A stretch of DNA of 32,000 bases from Patescibacteria group bacterium (GTDB lineage Bacteria; Patescibacteriota; Patescibacteriia; 2-01-FULL-39-33), in the NCBI GenBank assembly GCA_041649575.1, contig JBAZMW010000001.1:60001-92000 (forward strand), written 5' to 3'. This document shows positions 15,613 to 25,648 of this stretch, piece after piece (position 1 is the stretch's first letter; every line of letters starts with the position of its first letter). The notes beneath the pieces were generated by a model. That model saw only the letters and a program-made list of their open reading frames with translations, had not been told where the DNA came from and did not search any database. The translations under genes were made by a program, and so were the position numbers.

Positions 15613-16974
15613 TTATTGACCGCCAATTCTTTGAGCCGCCTCTTGCACGGCAGTGTTGCCTCCGGGCAAAGCTCCGGCCAGCCAAATCATGGCGCCGCCC
15701 CAAAGGCCAATATTATAGATCCGGTAGCCGACGTAAAGTATCAAAGCGATAATGCTAAACAAAATTCCGTTAATAATGGCCAGAATAATTATTTCGGTCC
15801 ATTTAGCCAGCTCTTTTGGCAGCCACCGGCCGATCAAGTAGTCTTCGCCAAAGTCGGCTATTTTATCGGTAAAGAGGGTGGTTGCCAGATAGAGATTCAG
15901 TCCCCAAAGAGTGAGAGTAGTCCAATCAAGCCAGACCGCTCCCCACATTGAAGTAAGAATGGCGGCACTCTCTTGCTTGACGGCCAAATTAACCGTAGCT
16001 TTGGCATCGGAAATTTTTAAAGAAGCGGCTAGGCTGGCGGCTTGTTTAAAGTTGTTTCTCGATTTCTCCCTGGCGCTTTGAATTCTTTGTTCTGTCGTTT
16101 GCCTTAGTTTGTCAGCTTCTTTTTCTTTGCTTTTATTTTTTTCTGATTCTTTTTTGTTTTCTTCTTCGACTTCTGGGGTTGGTGCTTGCGATTTTAGATC
16201 GCCGTTTTTTTCGTCTTTTTTGCCAGTGGCGTCTTCTTTTGGTTTTTTATCTTTTTTATCATCCTCCCCCTTTTTCTCACCTTCCGCCTTTTCCGATTTT
16301 TTGTCTTTCTTGTCTTTTTTTTCGCCTTCCTTTTCCTTTGCCCCTGTTTCTCCAGCCGGTTTTTCTTCCTCATCTGTTGCCTCGGCCGGCTCTCCAGCGA
16401 TATTTTTTTTATGTTCTTCACCGGCCTCGGTTTGTGGTTCTGTCTCCGTTTCTTCTTCCGAGTCAGAAAAGAGATTGGCATTAGTGTCTTCACCGGCGCC
16501 TCCCCAATCTTCACTCTGGTCGTAGATGTCTTCTAGATCATAGGGATTTTCTTTGTCCCGCGGCAGATAGCCTTCCGCCTCCCTCCTTTTTTCTAACCGG
16601 GCTTCCTCCTGTTTTCTTCGTAAAGCGGCAGCCTGGCTGGAGCTGTCTTTTAGGCCGCCACTGCCAATAATGGAAGCGTTGGCAGCCCGTCTAGCAACAC
16701 CCAAGGTATCGCCAAAATTTTTTGCTCCGGCTTTGGCTCGGCCAATCGCTCCTTGCTGGGCCAGAGGAAAACCGCTGGCTCGAGAGCTGATTTTTTGGGC
16801 TATTTTGTCTAGTGTTAGGCCGGCAACTCTGGTCATTCTGCCCGCGCGGCTGTTGGGACTAATGGCGCCAGCGGCTTTGGTTGCCCCGGCCAGGCCTCTT
16901 AAGCCAAGAGTGTCCAAAGACCTACCCGCCGGGCGAGAGGTTCTGTTTAATTGGTGGGCGAGATTATCGGACAT
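15613..16974 (-). CDS. Membrane protein with a basic N-terminus, a ~200-aa Glu/Lys-rich low-complexity region and a C-terminal multi-TM domain
   Basis: 'EEKPAGETGAKEKEGEKKDKKDKKSEKAEGEKKGEDDKKDKKPKED...' followed by hydrophobic segments 'ILTSMWGAVWLDWTTLTLWGLNLYLATTLF', 'IIILAIINGILFSIIALILYVGY' and 'GLWGGAMIWLAGALPG'. No signal peptide. Confidence 0.6.
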   Translation of the reverse strand: MSDNLAHQLNRTSRPAGRSLDTLGLRGLAGATKAAGAISPNSRAGRMTRVAGLTLDKIAQKISSRASGFPLAQQGAIGRAKAGAKNFGDTLGVARRAANASIIGSGGLKDSSSQAAALRRKQEEARLEKRREAEGYLPRDKENPYDLEDIYDQSEDWGGAGEDTNANLFSDSEEETETEPQTEAGEEHKKNIAGEPAEATDEEEKPAGETGAKEKEGEKKDKKDKKSEKAEGEKKGEDDKKDKKPKEDATGKKDEKNGDLKSQAPTPEVEEENKKESEKNKSKEKEADKLRQTTEQRIQSAREKSRNNFKQAASLAASLKISDAKATVNLAVKQESAAILTSMWGAVWLDWTTLTLWGLNLYLATTLFTDKIADFGEDYLIGRWLPKELAKWTEIIILAIINGILFSIIALILYVGYRIYNIGLWGGAMIWLAGALPGGNTAVQEAAQRIGGQ

Positions 16975-17009
16975 CTAAATAAAGTTTAGCCGCGCCAATA
17001 CTGATCAAA

Positions 17010-19490
17010 TTAGGCGTTGACGCTTAACTTTATTATACCATTTTTTTCGCTAAGCTGCACAGTATTGCCGGCAGAGGCCCTATCTTCAAGAATTTTTTGG
17101 GACAGCGGCATTTCTATCAGCTCTTGAATTGTCCGGCTGATGGCGCGGGCGCCGGGAGAATCTTTTTGGCTTTCTTTGGCGAGAAAAACGATTAGCTTGC
17201 GGCTGAATTTCAAAGCAATTTTTTGTTTTTTCAGTTTTTCTTCCAATTTTTTCAGTTCCAGCTTGACGATGTCTTCCAAATCGTGACTGGAAAGCGGGTT
17301 AAAGTAGATTATTTTATCAACCCGATTCAAAAATTCCGTTCTAAAATGATTTTTAACTTCATTGATAATTATTTTTTCCAGAGGTGAAGAAAACTTTTCT
17401 TGACTTTGAGAAAAACCGATGGTTTTCTGTCGCTGAAAACGGTGGGAACCAAGATTGGAAGTCATGATAATGACAGTGTTTCTAAAGTTAATTTTAACTC
17501 CGGTGGCATCGGTCAGGTAGCCATTATCGAGCACTTGAAGCAGTAAATTGAAAACTTCCGGATGCGCTTTTTCGATTTCATCGAATAAAATTAAAGAGTA
17601 GGGACGATGTTTGACTTTTTCGGTCAGTTGCCCGCTCTCTTTGTAGCCGACATAGCCTGCCGGGGCTCCAATCAACTTGGAAATATTGAATTTTTCGCTG
17701 TATTCCGACATGTCAATGCGAATCAGCGCTTCAGGGCTGTTAAAAATCGATTGAGCCAGAATTTTGGCGGTATAGGTTTTGCCGACGCCGCTTGGTCCGA
17801 CAAAAATAAAGGAAGCAAGAGGCTTGGTCTCATCGGTTAGTCCGGCCTTGGCTCTTTTGACAAAGCCGGCAATGGTTTTCAAGGCCCCGTCCTGTCCGAT
17901 AATCATTTCTTTTATCTGCTGGTCCAAATTAAGCAGTTGGCGTTTTTCCGAAGAGAGCAGGTTGTCCAGAGGAATGCCGGTGATTTTAGTGAGAATTTGG
18001 GCGACATCTTTATCGGTTATTTCACCGATGTTCAAGTGAGATTTTTTTTGATTTTTTTTCTTTAAGGCGCCTAGCTCTTCGTTTAATAGTTCAACTTGTT
18101 TTTTAAACGCCAGCGCTTCGGCAAAGTTTTCACTAAAGATCGCCGTTTCCTTGTTTTTATTCAAACTGCTTATTTCCTCGGTCAGTTTGTAGATTTTTTT
18201 GTCTAGAGCGGATGTTTTTTTGTTAATTCTAATGGCGGCGCAGGCTTCATCAATGAGGTCGATCGCCTTATCGGGCAAAAATCGTTCCGGCAGGTATCTT
18301 TGGCTAAGCGTGATGGCGGCGCTGATGGCCGTTTCATTAATTCTAACGTGATGAAAATTTTCTAGATTTTCTTTGATGCCCAGTAGGATTTTTCGGCCTT
18401 GTTCGCCGGTTGGCTCATCAATTTTTACCGGTTGAAAGCGGCGGTTTAAGGCCGGGTCGTTTTCGATAGTTTTGCGATAATCCTCAAAAGTGGTGGCGCC
18501 GAGGCAATGAATCTCGCCTCTGGCTAGAGCCGGTTTCAAAATATTGGCCGTGTCCAGCGACCCGGAGGCCGAGCCGGCGCCGACGATATTGTGGATTTCA
18601 TCAATGAAAATGATGACTTCGGGACGGTTTTTGACCTCCTCGATTATCTGTTTGATGCGGTTCTCAAATTCGCCACGGTACATGGTGCCGGCAATGGTGG
18701 CAGTAAGATCTAGCGAATAAATTTTTTTGTCTCGCAATATTTCTGGCACATCGCCGGACAGGATTTTTTTGGCTAAACCCTCGACGATGGCGGTTTTGCC
18801 CACGCCGGGCTGGCCCAAAATAATGGGATTATTTTTGGTGCGGCGGGACAAAATCTGGATAACCCGACTGATTTCCTCCTCGCGCCCGATGACGGGGTCG
18901 ATTTTTTTCTGTACTTTGGGCGAAGTCAAATTGACGCCAAAAACATCCAGGACTCCGGTTTGGCCGTAGGGGACTTCCGGGTCGAGATATTCCTCCGATC
19001 GTTTGCCGATAACCTGAAATATTTCGGTCAGGTCGGGGAGCTTGGAAGCGCTTTTTAAGACGGCCGCGGCTCTTTGTACCAAATCATTTTCCGAAAGTTT
19101 GAAATTGTTGAATATTTTTTTAACCTCCTGGTCTCCGACTTCCAAGATGGCGGTCAAAAGATGTTCAGTGCCGATGTATTTATGGCGATTAAGATAAGAA
19201 ATCTGAACTGATTTTTGAATAATTTTTTTGGCGTCGGGAGAAAATTGAGGCAGAACTTTTGTCACGGCTTGGTTTTTTGACAAATGACTTTGGGCAATGC
19301 TGTTTTTGACTTCGGCCGGCTTAAGCTCTAAAGAATTAAAAAGCTCGGCGCCGACGCTACCGCGCTGGAGGATCAAACCGTAAAGGAGATGAATCGGATC
19401 AATCCAAAAATGGGCCAACTCCTGAGCCAGTTCGGCGGCGGTTTTAAGAGATTTTTTATAATTATTGGAGAATTTATCCAAAGTGTCCAT
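17010..19490 (-). CDS. clpC: ClpC-type AAA+ unfoldase (Clp ATPase)
   Basis: Clp_N repeats at the N-terminus. Two Walker A motifs, '[15 protein letters not shown]' and '[12 protein letters not shown]'. Walker B motifs 'IIFIDEIH' and '[10 protein letters not shown]'. Short middle domain. 'KTIGFSQ' is a candidate ClpP-docking IGF loop. Confidence 0.85.
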   Translation of the reverse strand: MDTLDKFSNNYKKSLKTAAELAQELAHFWIDPIHLLYGLILQRGSVGAELFNSLELKPAEVKNSIAQSHLSKNQAVTKVLPQFSPDAKKIIQKSVQISYLNRHKYIGTEHLLTAILEVGDQEVKKIFNNFKLSENDLVQRAAAVLKSASKLPDLTEIFQVIGKRSEEYLDPEVPYGQTGVLDVFGVNLTSPKVQKKIDPVIGREEEISRVIQILSRRTKNNPIILGQPGVGKTAIVEGLAKKILSGDVPEILRDKKIYSLDLTATIAGTMYRGEFENRIKQIIEEVKNRPEVIIFIDEIHNIVGAGSASGSLDTANILKPALARGEIHCLGATTFEDYRKTIENDPALNRRFQPVKIDEPTGEQGRKILLGIKENLENFHHVRINETAISAAITLSQRYLPERFLPDKAIDLIDEACAAIRINKKTSALDKKIYKLTEEISSLNKNKETAIFSENFAEALAFKKQVELLNEELGALKKKNQKKSHLNIGEITDKDVAQILTKITGIPLDNLLSSEKRQLLNLDQQIKEMIIGQDGALKTIAGFVKRAKAGLTDETKPLASFIFVGPSGVGKTYTAKILAQSIFNSPEALIRIDMSEYSEKFNISKLIGAPAGYVGYKESGQLTEKVKHRPYSLILFDEIEKAHPEVFNLLLQVLDNGYLTDATGVKINFRNTVIIMTSNLGSHRFQRQKTIGFSQSQEKFSSPLEKIIINEVKNHFRTEFLNRVDKIIYFNPLSSHDLEDIVKLELKKLEEKLKKQKIALKFSRKLIVFLAKESQKDSPGARAISRTIQELIEMPLSQKILEDRASAGNTVQLSEKNGIIKLSVNA

Positions 19491-19516
19491 AAAATTTAAT
19501 TAGATTTAAAATAAAA

Positions 19517-20398
19517 TTAGGCCATGGTTCGCAATTTTTTTATACGGTCATCAAGAGGGGGATGAGTGGAAAAAGCGTTAGTAAAAATTTTTTTGCTTTT
19601 GGCAAAAGGATTGGCAATATACAAATGGGCGGTAGCGCCACTGGCCCTGATTAAAACAGCTGGGTCGTTTTTGATTTTTTCCAAAGCTCGAGCCAAGCCT
19701 TCTGGATAACGGGTTAAGAGTGAGCCGGCAGCGTCGGCCAGATATTCACGGTTGCGAGAAATTGCTAACTTTATCAGTTGAGCGATTAAAGGCGAGACAA
19801 TAATTAAGATAAGGCCTAAAATCATTAAAACCGAACCGCCGTTTTCGTTATTGTTTCTCCGGCCACGGAAAAAGCTACCACGCCAAAACCAGTCGGCCAA
19901 AAGAACAATCACACTGACCAGAACTATGACAACAGTCATTAACCGGATGTCATAGTTTTTGATATGAGAGAGCTCATGGGCAATGACGCCTTCCAGCTCC
20001 TCATTCTCTAATTTAGCGACAGCGCCGGTGGTGATGGCCAGAGAGGAGTGCCGGGGATCGCGGCCGGCGGCAAAAGCATTGATGGCCGGGTCATTGATCA
20101 GATAAATTTTCGGCAGCGGCAAGCCGGCAGTGAGACAGAGGTTTTCCACCAGCCGATAGACATAGGCGTTTTCGTTTTTGGTGATAGCTTTGGCGCCGGC
20201 AGCCGCCAGGGCCAGCTTATCGCCGGAAAAATAACCAAGCAGACTCAGGGCGATCGAGATAGCCGCAGCGATTAGCAAAACGCCATTGCCATATTCGGTG
20301 AGATAACCGAGGAGGTAGCCCAGAAGAGAAATCAGAGCGATAAAAATAATAATTAAAATCCAGGTTTTACGTTTGTTGGAATCAATTTGGGAATACAT
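19517..20398 (-). CDS. htpX: HtpX-type M48 membrane metalloprotease
   Basis: 'HELSHIKNYD' zinc motif. Four hydrophobic segments. C-terminal 'STHPPLDDRIKKL'. Confidence 0.9.
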   Translation of the reverse strand: MYSQIDSNKRKTWILIIIFIALISLLGYLLGYLTEYGNGVLLIAAAISIALSLLGYFSGDKLALAAAGAKAITKNENAYVYRLVENLCLTAGLPLPKIYLINDPAINAFAAGRDPRHSSLAITTGAVAKLENEELEGVIAHELSHIKNYDIRLMTVVIVLVSVIVLLADWFWRGSFFRGRRNNNENGGSVLMILGLILIIVSPLIAQLIKLAISRNREYLADAAGSLLTRYPEGLARALEKIKNDPAVLIRASGATAHLYIANPFAKSKKIFTNAFSTHPPLDDRIKKLRTMA

Positions 20399-20541
20399 AA
20401 AACTAATAATTCAAAATTATTTTTTGTTTCTGCCGGATTGATCAAATTGAAGCCGGTTCCAGAGGATAATTTTCAAACAAATTGATGATAATCCAATTTT
20501 TTTAAATTAAAAAATCACTCGCCTGGTTTGAAAATTAGAAT

Positions 20542-21099
20542 TTAAAATTTTACCGTCACGTTTTCTTTCTCGCCAGCTTCAGTTTCAAAAAAAGCGAATT
20601 CTTTAAAACCCAAGGCGTTGCCTATTAAGTTATTGGGGAAGATTTGAATCTTAATGTTAAAGTCACGCACGTTACCGTTGTAGAAGCGTCTAGCTGCTTG
20701 GATTTTATTTTCGGTGTCGGCGAGCTCATCTTGTAGCTGCAAAAAATTTTGGTTGGCTTTGAGGTCGGGGTAGCTTTCGGCCAAGGCAAAGATGGATTTT
20801 AAAGTAGCGGAAAGAGCGTTTTCCGCTTTGGCTTTTTCTTCCAAATTGGCGCCCGGCTTCATGGCGGCGTTTCTGGCTTCGATAACTTTTTGCAAAGTTT
20901 CCTGTTCGTGTTTGGCATAACCTTTGACCGTTTCCACTAAGTTAGGAATCAAATCGTGGCGTCTTTTTAACTGGACGTCAATATCGGACATAGCTTCGTC
21001 AGTCCTGGTTTTTAGCTTAATTAAGCTATTATAAACCGCTATCAGCCAAACAATTATGATGGCTATGGCGGCCAAAACAACCCAAAGAATATCAGTCAT
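20542..21099 (-). CDS. lemA: LemA family protein
   Basis: N-terminal TM followed by 'YNSLIKLKTRTDEAMSDIDVQLKRRHDLIPNLVETVKGYAKHEQETL...ARRFYNGNVRDFN', the typical LemA pattern. Confidence 0.85.
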   Translation of the reverse strand: MTDILWVVLAAIAIIIVWLIAVYNSLIKLKTRTDEAMSDIDVQLKRRHDLIPNLVETVKGYAKHEQETLQKVIEARNAAMKPGANLEEKAKAENALSATLKSIFALAESYPDLKANQNFLQLQDELADTENKIQAARRFYNGNVRDFNIKIQIFPNNLIGNALGFKEFAFFETEAGEKENVTVKF

Positions 21100-21122
21100 A
21101 TTTTTTAAATTATTTATTAGCT

Positions 21123-21152
21123 TTGATTTAGAGCTTTATTTTGTGTTATAAT
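21123..21152 (+). promoter_or_regulatory. Candidate extended -10 promoter for the plus-strand surface-protein/pil string
   Basis: TTGATT (21123-21128), 18-nt spacer, then TGT-TATAAT (21144-21152). A second TATAAT sits at 21188-21193. The intergenic region is AT-rich, so chance matches are likely. Confidence 0.3.
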
Positions 21153-21252
21153 TTAAATAAATAGTTTTAATTTTTACTGTTTTATTGTATAATAAATTGT
21201 ATAACATGACTGTTGATAAGTCAATTTATTTAAACTCTGGAAGGTGACAACT

Positions 21253-22578
21253 ATGAGATGGCCAAGAGCCAAAGGATCTAAATTGTTAATCGTCAATTTC
21301 TTGACGTTTTTGGTTATTTTGGCGTGTTTGACGTTGGCTGGCAAAAACATTGCAGCCCAAACCGCGATTTGGCATGAGCCAGAAGGGACGCCGCCCAACA
21401 ACAATGTGCCCGCACCTTTAAATATTAATACCAAGTTTGTAGGCGATAATTTATCGCTTGAGGGTGGCTGGGACTATGGTTTAGGAGCCATGAAACTCAC
21501 TTTGTCCGGCTGCAACAATGCCAACGAGGTTCTTAAGTGGGACAATGACCAAGAAAAATGGGTTTGCGGTGAAGCCCAGGCCAATAATTTGTTAAGCGTC
21601 TTGCAAAAAAGTTCTGACGCCAGCGAATTTACTGGCAATGTTTTGATTGGCAGTGAAACCAACGGGGCTAATTTGTATTTAGGCGGTGAATTTACAAGTA
21701 AATGGCTTCATGCCACTGCCCAAGGCGACAACAGTATTCTGGGTAATTTGGGTTTGGGCACTATTACTCCACGAGCCAAACTTCATATCTTCGATTTGAG
21801 CAAAAACGCTGAAATCGACTTACAAAGCGTTGATGGCGAGGGCAATCACTGGGCTATTTATCATGACGCCTCTAGTAATTCTTTGCGTTTTTGGAACAAT
21901 AAAGCGCCAGGTGACAAAAATGTTATTTCCTTGGGAGACGGAGGAAAATTGGGACTGGGCACCGTTAATCCCAATAGTAATTTGCATATTTACGACAGTT
22001 CTAAGAATGCAGAAATAGATATTCAAAGCGGCGGTGGCAGCAATGAGCATTGGGCTATTTACCATGATGCCAGTAGCGGTGATTTAAGGTTTTGGAAGGA
22101 CGATAACGATGGCAATTCTAATAACGACAACCAGGTTAAAATCAATAAACAGGGAATAATTACTGCCGAAGATTTTTGTTCGGAATCCGGGAAATGTTTA
22201 AGCGGCGGCTTAGGTTTTATGGGTCAGACCAGCCAGGAATTCACGGGCGCGTCCGGGGGATATAAGGGAGCCAACGCCAAATGTTCGGCACAGTATCAGA
22301 ATAGCCACGTTTGCAGTACGGACGAAATCCTGGCTTTGATTAATAAAGGATTATCGCCGAATTCTGGTTGGGGCTGGATCTCTAACGGGCCGCCAGGATT
22401 TCCGGCGATCATCCCCAACTATAAATCGCGAGTCAATGATTGTAATGGTTGGACTAACGGTACCGGCGATATCAATGGAGAAAAAACTTATGGTAATTGG
22501 TGGCAGTTTGATAGTAATGGCGGTCGAGGATATTTGGTAAATTGTAATGTCGATATGCCGTTTTTGTGCTGTCATTAG
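21253..22578 (+). CDS. Secreted protein with two ~80-aa tandem repeats and a Cys-containing C-terminal domain
   Basis: I prefer ATG 21253 (GAAGGTG 6 nt upstream) to the listed GTG 21244. Hydrophobic signal 'LLIVNFLTFLVILACLTLAG..AAQTA'. Repeats 'LHIFDLSKNAEIDLQSVDGEGNHWAIYHDASSNSLRFW' and 'LHIYDSSKNAEIDIQSGGGSNEHWAIYHDASSGDLRFW'. C-terminus 'GANAKCSAQYQNSHVCSTDE...CNGW...PFLCCH'. Confidence 0.7.
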   Translation: MRWPRAKGSKLLIVNFLTFLVILACLTLAGKNIAAQTAIWHEPEGTPPNNNVPAPLNINTKFVGDNLSLEGGWDYGLGAMKLTLSGCNNANEVLKWDNDQEKWVCGEAQANNLLSVLQKSSDASEFTGNVLIGSETNGANLYLGGEFTSKWLHATAQGDNSILGNLGLGTITPRAKLHIFDLSKNAEIDLQSVDGEGNHWAIYHDASSNSLRFWNNKAPGDKNVISLGDGGKLGLGTVNPNSNLHIYDSSKNAEIDIQSGGGSNEHWAIYHDASSGDLRFWKDDNDGNSNNDNQVKINKQGIITAEDFCSESGKCLSGGLGFMGQTSQEFTGASGGYKGANAKCSAQYQNSHVCSTDEILALINKGLSPNSGWGWISNGPPGFPAIIPNYKSRVNDCNGWTNGTGDINGEKTYGNWWQFDSNGGRGYLVNCNVDMPFLCCH

Positions 22579-22614
22579 GCGTTTTAAAAGCTTAAATAAA
22601 ATTAATTAAAAAAT

Positions 22615-25600
22615 ATGAACAGTAAAATCGTTTTTAAGACATTAATGCCAATAGCGGTAATGGCATTACTTTTTACGTCTTTAGCTCTGGTGGCCCAAGC
22701 GGCGCCCAATACCACGTGTCCAGGCTCTGGCGGCGGTATTGAGTGTCCCAGCTCCAAACCTTTTTTGTGTGGCGGGGTCTGTGTGGGCTCTTTACCAGTG
22801 CAGCCGCAGGATCCGGATCCTAATAATTACACTCTTGATTGTGACACTTGCCAATGGGTGTGTTATGGAGGAGCGGTCAGCTGTAATGGTTTGTGTAGAG
22901 CATCACAAGCCGGCCAAACTTGTGATTGGTCAGATGCCGCCGATACCGATGACGGCAAAAAGGACGCCTGTGGCAGCTGCGCCTCCTGTAATACTCCCAC
23001 TTATTTGGATTGTCGTGATGTCAGCCGAGGCTGTGCCCGACCGGACGAATTTACCACTTGCGTCGGCGCTAACTGCAACACAACTACAGGAGAATGCAAT
23101 TCCGGTTTTGCCAAAGATTCCTGCGGTCGTTGCGTCTCTAATGTTTATACCCCGGTTTATCTTAATTATTATGAGCCACAAACTGGAAATGTAGCTATTT
23201 CTGGCAACTTAAGAACCTCCAATGGTGATTTATATTTAAGCAGCACCAAAGCCATCAGAGTCGATGGCCTTGGTCAGACAGCTCTAAATATTGGCAACTG
23301 GGACGCTAATGGAGAGGGAGTGCAATTGGGTGTTTGGGGGAGCTTGAGGGTTGGTGATCTTAAAAATTATTGGCAAACAGGAACTGCGGAAGTCAGTATC
23401 AATGGTTCGCCGGCAAAAATCGCTGTTTTAAGCGCTGTTTCTGCCGACGGCCAGTTCCCGATAGGCGCTATCGCCAACGGAGTGGCAATTCTTTCGACAG
23501 AAAATTCCGGCAGTGATCCGTTTATCGATTTGGTTGACGGAAATGACAGTAGTGAGTCTCTTAACCTGAGATACAATCGCGCTTCCCGAACAACCAGTTT
23601 GACCGGATCAGGTAAATATTTTATCGATGGGCCGATTTATTTGTGGGGCGGAGAATATATTTCAGCCGGCAAAGAAGAGGGTAATTGGGGATTAAATCTG
23701 GGGGTTAATGGTGTTGATAGAATGACAATTGCCAGTGGCGGCAACGTTGGGATTGATACTGGCACCGTCGCTCCGGCTTCCAGGCTGACGGTTTTTGGCA
23801 ACGCGCAATTTGGCGATGAAAAAAATTATTGGAAATTTGAGAATACGCCCTTAACAGTTAATGGCCAAACAATCACCGTGGCCTTAGCCAGAGGCAATTC
23901 CGGCGATGGCCAGTGGCCGCTTGGCGCCATTGCTAACGGCGTGGCAGTTTTGGCAGAGGGCGCTGGCAGCAGTCCCTTTCTCATTTTCGTTAATAAGAAT
24001 AACATGGAAAATGCCTTTACCTTGGGCTATAACCCTACTTCCAAAAACGCCTTGTTTACCGGCGCCGATAGTTATTCTTTCGATAATAAAATTAGCCTTG
24101 GCGGCGGTGGTGAATATATTTATTCTCCCAGAGACGGGAATGATCCGGACAGGTGGTCCTTAAAATTTTTTACTGGTTTTAATAACGCCATGACTATCGC
24201 CAATAGCGGTAATGTCGGCATTGGCACCAGCCAGCCACAGCAAAAGTTAGATGTTAATGGAGCTATTCGGCTTGCCGGTCAAGCCCAAGAAACAGATCAG
24301 GCGCTTTATAATATTAATGGCGAGCTTTATTGGAACGGCAGCAAATTAGGTTCTGGACAAGGCGGTTCTGATTGGGTCAAGGTGGGCAATAATCTTGTTT
24401 ATACCGGCGGCAATGTCGGTATTGGCACCACCAACCCGACCAGCGGGCTTGAAGTCAGTGGCCAAATAGCAGTTAAAGCGGTTAATGGCACTGGTGACGG
24501 CTGGGATTATTCTAGTTTTGTTTTGGATTCGACCGACAACAGTAAATGGGGATTAGTCCATCGGCAAGCCGAAAGCAGCCCCCAATTGCAGCACAGTCTT
24601 AATATCGAATATAATTCACCAGGCGGGTTTAGTTATAACAGAATGCTGACTATTATGCCACCAACTAAAGACTTGAGCGGCTTAAGTCCTTTGACCATCA
24701 TGGGTAATGGCGATGTTTTAATGCCAAACAGAGTTGCGATAGCTAGATTGAATCTTGGTAGTAATAGCAGTGATGCAGCCCCCTCTATTACCGGTAATGT
24801 TGGAGCATTATCGTTTTTGACCAATAACCAACAAAGAATGATGGTTGATCTTGGTGGAAATGTGGGCATTGGTCTGGATAATCCCGGGCAAAAGTTAGAT
24901 GTCAGTGGCGTGATTAGAGCGCAGGAGAACGGCGCGGCCAGAATTATTGCCGAAGGAAAGGGCAATGGTTGGGATTATGCCAATATTCTTCTTAAAGGTG
25001 ATACTGGCTCCGGCCCCAATGGTGGCAATACTTGGTCTTTGTCGCATCGTCAGGCTAGCGATTCAGGCAGTGAGTACAAAGACGCCTTGATTGTGGAGTA
25101 TAATGACAGCAGTAATAATAGCCATGATATGATCTGGGTTCAGGCGCCAATAATCGGTATGGAATCGGGACTTAGACCCTTTATGATAAAAAGCAACGGT
25201 GATATTCATATGAGTATGAATTTGTCGGTTGGCGGCAAGGTCGATAGCAGCAACATCAGTATTACTGGTAAGAGTGGCGGTGATAATCCAGAGTTGAGGA
25301 TGAACATGTCTGGTGATAATTATTGGGCGTTATATGGTGACAAAAACGGCCAAGGAGATTTTAGGATTTGGAATCAAACCATCCCGGGAGATAAGAATGC
25401 TCTGGTTGTAAAACAAAATACTGGCAATGTTGGTATTGGAGTGACTAGTCCGACCCAAAAATTAGATATAGCCGGCAACCTGAAGGTACAGGTAAATACT
25501 GCCTCTGCCGCTCCTGCTGCTTGCAGTGCCGCCGAAGAGGGAACAATAAAATATGTGCGAGTAGGCAACGCCGGCCACTATTACGGTTGTGCCAGAACCA

Positions 25601-25635
25601 GCGCCACGGCTTTGAGCTGGAGGAGACTGGAATAG
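22615..25635 (+). CDS. Large secreted protein (1006 aa): Cys-rich N-domain plus recurring 'GNVGIGT..P..KLDV.G' fibre-like modules
   Basis: Sec signal '...LALVAQA/AP'. I count 20 Cys in residues ~35-176. The motif 'GNVGIG(T/L/V)xxPxxKL(D/E)(V/I)xG' recurs four times, plus a degenerate 'GNVGIDT' copy. C-terminal 'CSAAEEGTIKYVRVGNAGHYYGC' disulfide-loop-like motif. Confidence 0.75.
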   Translation: MNSKIVFKTLMPIAVMALLFTSLALVAQAAPNTTCPGSGGGIECPSSKPFLCGGVCVGSLPVQPQDPDPNNYTLDCDTCQWVCYGGAVSCNGLCRASQAGQTCDWSDAADTDDGKKDACGSCASCNTPTYLDCRDVSRGCARPDEFTTCVGANCNTTTGECNSGFAKDSCGRCVSNVYTPVYLNYYEPQTGNVAISGNLRTSNGDLYLSSTKAIRVDGLGQTALNIGNWDANGEGVQLGVWGSLRVGDLKNYWQTGTAEVSINGSPAKIAVLSAVSADGQFPIGAIANGVAILSTENSGSDPFIDLVDGNDSSESLNLRYNRASRTTSLTGSGKYFIDGPIYLWGGEYISAGKEEGNWGLNLGVNGVDRMTIASGGNVGIDTGTVAPASRLTVFGNAQFGDEKNYWKFENTPLTVNGQTITVALARGNSGDGQWPLGAIANGVAVLAEGAGSSPFLIFVNKNNMENAFTLGYNPTSKNALFTGADSYSFDNKISLGGGGEYIYSPRDGNDPDRWSLKFFTGFNNAMTIANSGNVGIGTSQPQQKLDVNGAIRLAGQAQETDQALYNINGELYWNGSKLGSGQGGSDWVKVGNNLVYTGGNVGIGTTNPTSGLEVSGQIAVKAVNGTGDGWDYSSFVLDSTDNSKWGLVHRQAESSPQLQHSLNIEYNSPGGFSYNRMLTIMPPTKDLSGLSPLTIMGNGDVLMPNRVAIARLNLGSNSSDAAPSITGNVGALSFLTNNQQRMMVDLGGNVGIGLDNPGQKLDVSGVIRAQENGAARIIAEGKGNGWDYANILLKGDTGSGPNGGNTWSLSHRQASDSGSEYKDALIVEYNDSSNNSHDMIWVQAPIIGMESGLRPFMIKSNGDIHMSMNLSVGGKVDSSNISITGKSGGDNPELRMNMSGDNYWALYGDKNGQGDFRIWNQTIPGDKNALVVKQNTGNVGIGVTSPTQKLDIAGNLKVQVNTASAAPAACSAAEEGTIKYVRVGNAGHYYGCARTSATALSWRRLE

Positions 25636-25648
25636 TCTAAAATGGTAA

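Noticed and set aside
16109-16525. Plus-strand ORFs 16109..16525 and 16179..16484, and minus-strand ORF 16194..16514
   Set aside because: They are artefacts of the low-complexity purine/pyrimidine-skewed tract encoding the EK-rich region of the 15613..16974 gene. The translations are poly-Ser/Phe/Leu or poly-Lys/Arg.
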